Made by a program: the position numbers and the translations under genes
NCBI GenBank assembly: GCA_001643675.2
Contig: LSRY02000047.1
Location: 62,001-126,000 of the forward strand
DNA length: 64,000 nucleotides
From: Monocercomonoides exilis PA203
Taxonomy: Eukaryota; Protista; Preaxostyla
Direction: 5' to 3'
Part shown: one piece after another, positions 35,171-45,995 of the stretch
Position numbering within the stretch: the first letter of the stretch is position 1
Layout of the letters: every line of letters begins with the position of its first letter
The notes under the pieces: model-generated
The model's database searches: none
What the model was told of the DNA's origin: nothing
The model's input: only the letters and a program-made list of their open reading frames with translations

Positions 35171-36553
35171 TACTGAATATGGTACATTTTGATCTTATAT
35201 TCTTGTCATTCTCTTTGTTTTTTCAATAATTATTAAATGAAGATGCAAGTCAAGTGCTCAACAAAATAATTTTCATTTTCATCATATTCATACTTTAAAA
35301 AGAGTTCAACAAAACATCAAACCTGCGTTGAGCCAAAGAACAGAACGCTTCAATCAATTCAATTTGAATCGAAACCAAAGTTCATTGTATCGAATGCATT
35401 CAATATTCAATAAAAGCCTCAACGCAAGGAGAATAAAACAAGCATCATGAATTGTTCAAGTGGTTGGAAAAAACTTGAAATGCGAATGATGACTGAAAGG
35501 TGAAAATATTCAGTGAAAAGGATAAATTTCCATGATGCTCTTTCTCAAAAAGCAAGCTTATTAATTGTCAAAAAATTGATAAAATGAAAGCTGAATAAAA
35601 GAAAAAATAATCAAAATATTTTGGCTCATATTCATTTATATGGTTAATATTCACTATTTTTCACTAAGATTATTGAGCAGCATTTTGTGATACAATTAGA
35701 AAATCGCAATATTGAAGGTTATTTAGTAAATAAATGAGAAACTACAGCTATTTTATATTCAAAAAAAAAATGAAAAACAAGCAAAGTGAAACATTGGAAA
35801 ATATAGGGCGAACATATAATCCAACGGTCTACAAATTTTTGAATTTAGAAAAAAAATAAAATAATAATAATAATATTAATAAGCAAAGAAAGGAATAAAA
35901 TGTTTGGAATAGAAAGCAGATATAAACACATCATCAGCATCAGAAGAGACGCAACGAGTTTTACAGTAATACAAAGCATACAATTGCTATGCACATAATA
36001 ACATGGTTAGATCAGAGTTTAATTACAATAAACAAAATGAAAAAAAAAATTACTAATTTTATAAAAGAAAAAGAAAAATGTATGAAATGAGTATAGAAAA
36101 TGTAGAAATGGCTTAAAATTTTCTGTGCAGCTTGTTCAATTTTTATTTGATTTCTCAATCCACATGTCATTCATTCGCAAGAAGAGGAGTGGAAAAACTT
36201 GAAGTTCTTCAACATCAGCAAACAAACAACTTATTCAATTGACAGTTGGATTCCCTGAATAAAATAAATTTTGACATATTGAAAGTTAATCGGAGATATA
36301 ATAATAATACAAAACACACAGAAATAAATAATTAAATAGAACTTTGATAGAACTAATCAAATAAATAAACCAATATAAAAGAGGAAAACATCTAAAAATT
36401 CATTCAGAAATACATTTCATGTTTCGTCAAATACCAACAAAAGCACATTGTCAAGCACCTCAAATTAAACGCCCATAACATTAGGAGAAAAAAAAATCTT
36501 CATCATATTCAAATAACCACACACATATATATACACGCACACATACTTTCAAT

Positions 36554-39500
36554 CTATCTTTTTATCAGTCCAATTTTTGTTGCCTCTGCTCCGCTTGCTT
36601 TCTTTCCAGAGCTTCCCAAGCTGCTTACACCAAAAGACGCAGAAGAAGAAGTTGTTGATGAAGAATTCGAAGAAGAAGAAGAAGATGATGATGATGATGA
36701 TGATGATGAATTTTGACTTGAAGAATTCGAAAAAATAGAAGTTGACTGTGATGAAGACGAGGGACTAGCAGACGAGAAAGAAGAAGAAAGAGAAGGAGGT
36801 AATGACGAATTGCCTGAAGAAGAAGAAGAAGACGACGAAGAAGCGAAAGAAGAAGTTGAAGAAGATGCACCCATCCCAACCCCAGACAGAATATTCGACG
36901 ATCGATGCGGGTGTGACAGGAGGATGGGCAAGACAGCGTGTTCTGAAGAGAGAGACAAAGGCGCCACAGACAAAGGCATCGCTGACGACGACCCCGACGC
37001 GAAAAGCGAGGAAGACGCGGCGCCAGACACAGAAGAGGCAGACGGCGAGCTCAAAAGAGAGGCCAAATGTGGATTGTCTGAACTCGACGTCATCGCTGGT
37101 GATTGCATTCCTCCCCCTCCTCCTCCCCCGCCTCCACCACCACCTCCTCCTCCTCCCTTCCCTTCCTTCCCTTCTTTCCTTCCTTTGCTCGCTCCTCCTT
37201 CTTTCCCTCCTTTCCCTCCTCCTCCTCCTGCCAATCGAAGAGATGGCAGTGTGATTGAAGGCACGGGCGATTCAGAAAGATTCCTCTCTTTTCCCGAAGA
37301 CGAAACTGCGCCATGTCTTCCTCTGTTTCCTCCTCCCCCGCCTCCTCCGCCTCCTTCTTTATCCTTCTCCTTCTCTCTCTCCCTCTCCTTTTCCCTCTCC
37401 CTCTCTCTTTCTCTCTCTCTCTCTCTTTCTCTCTCATCTTTCATTCTTGTCGTGCTGTCTGGTGTCACACGAGGCAGCAGCGACGGCAGCGTTGTGTGTC
37501 CAAACGCATCTTTCTCTTTCTCTTTCTCTCTCTCTCTTTCTTTCTCCTTCTCGTCTCCCCCTGCCAAGTGTGGAAGCTTCAAAGACACAGACGCCAAAGA
37601 CGATCTGTTCTCAATGTCCAGCTGCTCCATCTCTTCCTCCAACGTCTTCCCTTTCTCTTTATCTTTATCCTTCTCTTTCTCCTTCTCCTTCTCCCTCTCT
37701 CCTCTCTTCTCTCTCTCCCTCCCTTTCCCCGCCGCCTGCCCTGCCCCTTTCTTGAAGTCCTCGTCTCTCTCCTTCGCAAACTTCCCCCCCTTCGGCATCA
37801 TCGTCGGAGGAGACGAGGGAGAAGAAGGCGAATGCGAGGAAGAGCGGTGGGTGGATGTGGATTTGTGTGTGGAGGATGTTGAGGGGGGCGGAAGAGGCGT
37901 GCCTGACGTGGAAGACGAGGTGGCCATGCGCTGCGCCCGGCGGTCGGCTTCTCGAAGCTCTTTGAAGTAGGGATGGCGGAGACACTGGCTGGCATTGTAT
38001 CTGTTGATGATGATGATGTGGAAGAAGAAGAAAATGTGGAAGAAGAAGGAGGAGGAGATGATGATGATGATAGAGTTGAAAGAGAAGGAAAAATGAAGAA
38101 AGAAAGGGGAGTCATAAAGAGATAATTGAAAATGGAAATGAGAGAAAGCGAATGTTTGGAAATAATTTTTTTGAAAAGAAAAAAAAGTATCTTGAAATCA
38201 ACAAGAACTTATATTTATTTAAATATATATGCGTGTGTGTAATTTTCTATTGATTGTTTCTTTGAAAGCAGCGAGCAACACTCAGCACAATCTCATTTCT
38301 TTTCTTTTTTTTTTTTTTCATTCATTCTAATTTCAAGCAGCCCATCTTATTTTTTCATATATTCTTTCAATATCTTCCTAATCACCTCCCTAATTATCCC
38401 TCCACACACCTTTCATCTGGATCGTATGCCAGCATATGCTTCAGAAGATCCACAAGATCGCTAGGCGCATTAGGCAGGTGCTTCTCCAGCCCCGTTCCTT
38501 GCTGGTAAGGGAAGTTAAAGTCCATATGCTCCGATTTCTTGAACTTTGATAGTAGTTCCTTGGATGGCGTGCCCAGAATCGCATGAATGCGTGTTATCTG
38601 ATCCAGCTCGTCTGTTCCAGGGAAGAGAGGGTACAGCATCATAATCTGCAAAAAGAATATAAATGAATAATTATTTATAAATTTTTAATGTTTTTATAAC
38701 TTTAGAAAAATCATTGTATCATACCTCAAAGAATACACATCCAACACCCCAAATATCCATCTTATAATTGTAATAACCATCTGTCAGCAAACATTCAGGA
38801 GCGCGATACCTTAAAAATTAACATGGAGAATACAAATACATTAAACAGAAATTATAATTATGTAAATTATTAAAACTTATATGAATCAAAAAAACCATCG
38901 TGTTGATATGTACTCTGAAAACGGTTGTTTTGTGTACATCCCTCTGCAACTACCGAAATCTGCTAATTTTACAAGGTCTTCTGTAACGAGAACATTTTCT
39001 GGTTTGATATCTCTGTGAAATATTCCATTTCTGTGAAGATAATCCAGTGCTCGAAGAAGTTGATAAATGTACATTTTTACCTTTGATTCGGGCAAGTATT
39101 GTTGCCTTCCTCGAATAACCCTGATTGATTGGTTTCAGTTTTCGTTAATAAATTTTAATTTCGAAAAATATGCATACTCATAAAGATTGCACGTCATTAA
39201 TTCAAAGACAAGAGCTAAACGTCCAGTATTCCGATCATACAACACTTCATATAACTTTATAATATTTGGATGGTTAGAAAGTCGTTTGAGTGCTTGGATT
39301 TCGCGCAAATTGTTAACTTGATCAATACTTCGGAAAATGCTTTTCATTCTTTTAATAGCAACGAGCCTCCCCGTTTTTGTGCACAGCGCTTTTATAACCT
39401 CTATTGAAGTCACGAAAAAGTTATACAATTTATAAAAATAACATTGTTATTGCAATGAATGAAAAAATAATATAAAAAAGTGTTCAGGGAATCGAACTGA

Positions 39501-39579
39501 ATGACAATGCAAAATCAAATAAATGCAAACCTGAAAACGTTCCCTCTCCCTTCTTTGCTAATATTTTGTACTTGTGCAT
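36554..39579 (-). CDS. MOK: MOK/RAGE (LF4-like) CMGC RCK-family kinase with a long low-complexity tail
   Basis: [16 protein letters not shown]|[61 protein letters not shown]|[37 protein letters not shown]. Confidence 0.9.
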
Positions 39580-39748
39580 TGGATTTGTGCAAAATCCAAT
39601 AGAAAAAAATCAACCGTTAATGATCTGATACCCATTCACATTTATTCGATTAATTATTAATAGCCATTATAAATTTCATGTGATTGTTAATTTTTGTGTA
39701 AATAACCTGTTAGAATTTTATTTGTGCTAATCAGTTGATATTGGATTC
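39580..39748. promoter_or_regulatory. Candidate bidirectional promoter between MOK and the Rab-like gene
   Basis: Divergent ATGs at 39579 (minus) and 39749 (plus), only 169 bp apart. Confidence 0.45.
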
Positions 39749-41649
39749 ATGGATACTTATCACATTCCTACGTTCAAGGTTTTGAGCTATCTTTTTCAAA
39801 ATGTTTTTTATTTGAAACGCTTTTGTTTTTGAAGATTGTATTGTTGGGTGAAACAAATGTAGGGTATGCATCATTCTTCATGATAACATAACTTGAAGGT
39901 TGCTTTTTATGCAGAAAGTCCGCATTGCTGAATCGATATTTTGCAGATGAATTCAAAGAAGTTGTTAAGCCAACAGTTGGCCTTGATTGGCTCGATAAAG
40001 TTATTGAAACGGATGGTTTAAAAATTAAACTTCAAATTTGGGATACACCTGGATTGGAAACGCATCGAGGATTAATTGATATGTTTGTCACAATGTTTTT
40101 CACAATTTTATTGAAAACTTAAATGTTAAAAACAATTAGAATTCTAAAAGGAGCAGACGGATTTGTTTTTGTTTATGATATAACTAAAAAAGGAACATTT
40201 AAAATGATCAACTCATGGTATCAGATGGTTGAACCATTTATCGATGCTTTCTCAGTTTCTGGACTTCTCGGTAACAAAGAAGATTTGTCAAATCAGCGCG
40301 CAGTAAAGGCAACTGAAGGAGAGAAATTTGCGCAGAAGTATTCAATGACATTTTCCGAAGTTTCTGCGTTTACGGGAGCAAATGTGAATGAATTTATCGA
40401 TAAACTTTACAAATGTGTGTTATTGTTTTAAAAATTCATTCACACACGAAAAATACTTAAACCTTCTGAACTATTTTTATGAAACGAATATATGAAAAAT
40501 TCTTAGTAATTTTGATGAAGCGAAGAAGCGATACAGCTGAAAGCGACGGAGACGATTTGGGGTTTGGATTGTCTTTGAAATATACAACTGTTGAAAGAGA
40601 AGGAAGATTTGTGAAAGTTAAAGAAGATGCAGACGCAGATGAAGAAGAAAGCGAGGACATCAGCGAATATGATGGAATCGGTGAAAGTGATGCTTTTTAT
40701 GATAATGAAGAGGAAGATATTGAAAAAGATAAGTCGTTAAAAGATGATGATAATAATGAATCAACTTTCATTGAGAATTGTTTAGTTGAAAAGAAGAAGC
40801 ATTCTGCAAAAGAATTAAAAGAAAAGCGAGTGATTTTGCGAGTTGATGATGTAAATGTGACTCTGTGTGCTGATTTCTCACAATCTTCTTTGAGACTATA
40901 AAGAGATTTTTTTAGAAAAGAATTTATTTTTTATTTTTTCCTATGAATAAAAAAAGATGAGATTTCCAAAATTGTTTTAGAATTCAATTTTGTAACTTTT
41001 CCTCCTATCCTTTTGCCAATTTTCTTTCACTCCTCTCATTTTGTCTCTGAACCTGTTTTTCCCTTTCTGCTTAAAAGCCATGATGACCCCAGTTATTTTA
41101 GGACTTTTACAGCTGTCATAACCGATTCGTCCATCGACCTTGTGCCAAAAGCACAGCCTTTGTCAATACCAAGCCCGTCTTCTGTGTTGATTGATTTGCA
41201 ACATTCAATTCCATTCCACTCAATTATTTCAATAAGATTAGTGGTATGCATTTCAACCTTTGTTGAGGCTATTTTGAAATTTAGATTTTCCTTCTAATTC
41301 AATGTTTTTTAATATTGATGCATCTGATTTATTTTCCTCTATCTTTTATTTACATATTTTCTAATTTGCTTTCTTTTATTGTTGTTGTTATTTTCTGTCT
41401 AATGCTTAAAAGAAGAGATTTTTCAGGAAAAGCTTCATTTCAATCGACTTTAAAGAGAAAGAAGTTAAGTCTTGTGTTTCGCGAGGAATTGTTTTGAGCA
41501 GGAAAATTGGGGGCCTCGAGGAATTATATCAACCAATTGAAGCATCCTGGCAGAACTTCAAAAGAAGGAAAGAGTATGGGAGAAGAAGGAGAGAATTTAA
41601 AGAAAAAAAGAAAAATGATGAAATTACTTCAAAAGATAGCAAATGTTAG
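39749..41649 (+). CDS. Divergent Rab-like small GTPase with acidic linker and PH-like C-terminal extension; multi-exon
   Basis: FK|IVLLGETNVGKSALL, PTVGLDW, KLQIWDTPGLE, GADGFVFVYDIT, GNKEDL, EVSAFTG.NV. A phase-compatible GT-AG path continues through 40507-40863, 41079-41243 and 41413-41649, ending ...SKDSKC*. Confidence 0.75.
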
Positions 41650-41930
41650 TACATGGTTGTTTCCAACAGATTCAATAAAGAAAAAGGTGCTTCTTCTTTT
41701 ATGAACAATATTAATGAAAATGACGGGGTCAATTTGTAATTTTGTAAAGAATTCGTTGGAATTGCGAGGAAAGACGTAGGTATCAAAGAGGAAATTACTA
41801 GCGTTATGATTTTAAAAAATGGGGCAAATTTTTAGCAATCCTGACAAAAAAACTGAGATTTGTTCCAAACTTTTTTCTGCAATGTTATTATTACAGTGAA
41901 GCTCTGTAATAATCACAATCCATTTTTCAC

Positions 41931-41931
<1 letters not shown>

Positions 41932-41976
<45 letters not shown>
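41932..41976. repeat. Poly-T tract (~45 nt)
   Basis: Seen directly. Confidence 0.9.
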
Positions 41977-41977
<1 letters not shown>

Positions 41978-42989
41978 TGATTGTTACTGAACTTGATTAT
42001 AACCTAAACTGCTTTTTCATGAAAATTTTTTAGAAATTTATTTTTTCAAAGCGAAAAAGAAAGTTTTCAAATTTTATCAAAATCCACCATTTTTAAAAAA
42101 ATTGATATATTTATTATATTTCAATGAACTTTTTCGTTAATATTGAAGCAAAAAATTATAACTTTCATTTAGAAAAAATATTGAAAATTGACTGAAAAAT
42201 TCACATAATTAAAAAAAAATTGTGATTATTCTCTATTTTGATATGATTATTGGCAAAGAAAAAACACAAGAAAATGAGTAAATTTTATTTTTAATGAACG
42301 GAAAAATGTGATTTCTCGAGGTCTTGATAATAACCGAAGTGATAATTTCCGAACAAAACTGAATAAGTCTTCTATTTCAATGAATAAAAATTCAAAAATT
42401 TCAAAAATTTAAAAAAAAAGACTTGAAAACATAGTGTGGAACTTAATTCAAAAAGAAAAGGTACTTGTCCTAAATATTTGTATCTTTGAAAGAATTCTTT
42501 TATTTGAATTGGGTGTTTATTATTGAAATCATATATTTTTTCGGTATATGTGTGATCTTCTAATTCACAGTTATTTGCAAAAGAATTTTCAAAAAACTGT
42601 CACATGTTTTCAAATTATTATCTACTAAACACATATTGTCATTGAAAAACAGAGAAGTTCATTTATGATTTTTTCAATAACACAAAATTGATAATTAACT
42701 ATATGCAACAAATTGTTAATTCGAAAATCTCGATTGAAAAAATATGAAATCAATAAGAATGACACGATCAAAAATCTATGAATGAAATCAGAATAAGACA
42801 TTTTTATTGGAAAGAAAAGTGCTTATTGGAATATGCATCCAATATTTTGGTGATATGCTGTTTATTCGAATAAACAGCATGTGATTGAATAATGAGGTTT
42901 TTCATTTGAATAAAGGGAAAATGTCTCCTTTGGTTATCATCCTGTTTTCTGTTGAATGTTTATGTTTCATGAAAATAAACTTTATGTTA

Positions 42990-43195
42990 GGATAATTATT
43001 TTTGAAATCAAACTTTCGTTCAAGTTTTTATTTTATTTTTCATCTCAATGGGATTTTGAAAAATTGAACCGAAACTGTTCACACATTTTGTCCATGATGT
43101 TGTTGCTGCAGAAATATTATTCTTTCAAAAATTTCATTGAGATTTAAGTTTTGATCAAAACTTGAACAAAAGTTTGATTTCAAAAATTATCATCC
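42990..43195. mobile_element. Small MITE (~206 bp) with ~40 bp imperfect TIRs, TA-flanked
   Basis: TA|GGATAATTATTTTTGAAATCAAACTTTCGTTCAAGTTTT ... AAAACTTGAACAAAAGTTTGATTTCAAAAATTATCATCC|TA. Confidence 0.65.
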
Positions 43196-43694
43196 TAATG
43201 TTTATAAACTTGTTTAATATGTGCAAAAAAGGTCTTCAATCAAAACAAACAAACAAATAAATAAATTAATAAACAGATAAATGAATAAAATTAATAAAAA
43301 TTAATTAATAAAAATTAAATCAAATGGAACAAAAATAAAAAATATATAAAATCAAATTAAACCGAAAATTCAATGCAATTTATCTCATTATTTAAAAAGA
43401 AAAACGGTATTTTTTATAAGCTCAGGAATAATAACAATTGTTGTTTTCGAGATTTCGAATATTCACAATTTTCAAATAATAATGAGTGATTTTCAATTGA
43501 TTTAGTCATGATTTTTTTGAAGAAATGAATGCTGTAATATTTAATATCATTATCAATAAAGTGCACTTGAACGTGAAAAAAAACAAAACAAAAATGGAAT
43601 TGAAAAAACTTTTTTTTTTTTTTTTTTTTTTTGCAATTTCTAAAAAAAGTCTCTGCCTAAACCGTATTACATAATTAAAAAAAGAATAAATAAA

Positions 43695-43971
43695 TAAATG
43701 GGACAAATTATTTGACTTCAGGCATTTTCATTGAAAAATTATGCGCTTTCGATAAGCTTTTTGTGTTCGAAAAATTCAAAAAAATGGGTTCATTTTTTGA
43801 CATTCATGGAATGTCACAAAACTTTTTGTCATCACATGTATGATGGCTCTTTGCAAATAAGAAAAATTAATTTATATTGAAATCTGAGAATGATAGATAA
43901 AGTTATGAGTGAATCGATTTTTTCATTCTTTGTGCATGAAAAGCTTGAAAATCCGTATTTTTCCCCAAATA
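43695..43971 (+). mobile_element. 5' fragment of the same pogo/DDE_1 transposase family as 6617-7980
   Basis: Its reverse complement matches 7705-7980 in three blocks: GAAAATGCCTGAAG..TTTGTCCCAT, GAATGTCAAAAAATG.ACCCA, and AAAATACGGA.TTTCAAGC.TTT.A.GCACAAAG. Confidence 0.75.
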
Positions 43972-44932
43972 GTGTGGTTTTTTAATCCGGACATTTTTTT
44001 TATTGGCATATCTCACTAAATAAAAACAAAAAACAAAAAAAGCATGTTGCACCAGGTTTGAGCACGTATTAAATGTTCATACAAAAAATTTTTTTGTCAA
44101 TTATTGTTTTTGATGAAGATCTTGAGAATTTTTAATTTATTTTTGATCATTTGTTTTGCTCGTTTTTAATCGACTCTCTTTTTCTGTCAGTTTTTAGCTA
44201 TTGGACCATGAATCATTCATAATGAAGTTTTATTATTACAAATCTTTTTTGTTTTTTCTCATTTTTTCACGAGTTTTTCGCATTTCATTGTTTTTGAAGA
44301 AAATTATAAAAAACTCATATATTCTCAACTGTTTTTTGTTCTTTCCATAAAAATATTAAAATTTTGTGCAAATTAGATAAAAATGCATTGCTACTCAAAA
44401 TTGTTTGTCATATTTCATTAAATCAAAAACAAAATGAGCAATTTTGTCAAAATGAAAATTTGATTTGTACTGCTAAAAGCAGCAACATTTAACAAAAATT
44501 TTACGTTGTGCATATTTACTGCAAGTATTTATCATTTGGCTCATATCACAAAAAATATCTAATAAATATTGTGAAACTCATTATTTTCAGTTTTTTATAA
44601 TTTTCTTCAAAAACAATGAAATGCGAAAAACTCGTGAAAAAATGAGAAAAAACAAAAAAGATTTGTAATAATAAAACTTCATTATGAATGATTCATGGTC
44701 CAATAGCTAAAAACTGACAGAAAAAGAGAGTCGATTAAAAACGAGCAAAACAAATGATCAAAAATAAATTAAAAATTCTCAAGATCTTCATCAAAAACAA
44801 TAATTGACAAAAAAATTTTTTGTATGAACATTTAATACGTGCTCAAACCTGGTGCAACATGCTTTTTTTGTTTTTTGTTTTTATTTAGTGAGATATGCCA
44901 ATAAAAAAAATGTCCGGATTAAAAAACCACCT
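43972..44932. mobile_element. Second foldback/MITE-like element with ~344 bp terminal inverted repeats, TA-flanked
   Basis: Arms 43972-44315 and 44589-44932 are near-perfect reverse complements, with a ~273 bp spacer. Ends read TA|GTGTGGTTTTTTAATCCGGA...TCCGGATTAAAAAACCACCT|TA. Confidence 0.85.
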
Positions 44933-44987
44933 TAAAATAAAAATTGATAGAGTCAAAGTTGTTATGGGTTAGCAATCAAAATTTCTA

Positions 44988-44989
44988 TT

Positions 44990-45065
<76 letters not shown>

Positions 45066-45067
45066 TC
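44988..45067. repeat. (TTTC)n microsatellite
   Basis: About 20 tandem units visible directly. Confidence 0.95.
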
Positions 45068-45129
45068 AGTCTGTACGTCAAATTCGAATTTTTCCCTTTT
45101 ATGCGCTTCTCTTTCGCTCTTTTTATTTT

Positions 45130-45995
45130 ATTGAAATTTTTTTCTATTTTCTCTGCAAAACCGTTCATCATTTACTTACATGTGGGAACTGAAGCACACT
45201 GATTTCTTTCAGCTTGCTTGTGCGCTGATGTTTCAGAACCAAAGCAGTGTTTGGCACACAACAGCAGACAATACAACTGCGTATTGTTTTGTGTCAACCT
45301 TCTTTGGGAGTTGAGATATTATGCACTTGCAAATATGCATATTGATAAACTTTCTAGTCATTGAAGTCCATTTTCTATTTTATTTTTGACAACAACCTTT
45401 TTTTCTTCAACATATTCATTTTTCACTCAAGAATCTGGACTATTGAAAGGTGGAAAAAGTGTTTTTGAAAGACCTTTGAAAATATTGAGAACTATATTTA
45501 TTGTTTTGTTGAAATGGAATTAAATGCGAAGTGAATGAGCAAGAAATGTCAAATTTAATCATGACTCCCTTGAGAAAAAAAGACAATCATTTTTAGGATG
45601 TGCTATTAAAACAATTGAACTTATGAGTATTTGCATTTTGAACACAAATCCAAGCAAAGGCTGTTGACATTTGATGTTTCCTGCACAACTTTCAAACGAA
45701 TTCCTTTTTTCATTGAGCTTGCAAAACGGGTAATATATTCAGAAATGAAAATGAAATTATGAGAATGATTGGAATACAATACAACTTTTGACAATAATAA
45801 TTATTCAAATACCAATAATTTGTGTGATTCTCTGTTGAAAAACCTTTTATTTCAAAAGCCCAAAACAACTTCCAGTAATTGTTATTTTACAAAACAAAAG
45901 GTTTCTTCGACTAAGCAAATGCACTCTTGTGTCTTTTTGTCAATTTGAAAATATTATTTCATTCCAGAAATGTGCAAGAGGGAAAATTGCTTATT
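45130..45995. repeat. Conserved 3' flanking block, copy 2 (paralog at ~8300-9170)
   Basis: Direct alignment by eye with 8300-9170. Confidence 0.9.

Noticed and set aside
44928-44935. TTAA target site implying piggyBac or Kolobok
   Set aside because: TTAA appears on only one side; all three inverted-repeat elements fit TA flanks, and the nearby transposase is pogo/DDE_1-like.
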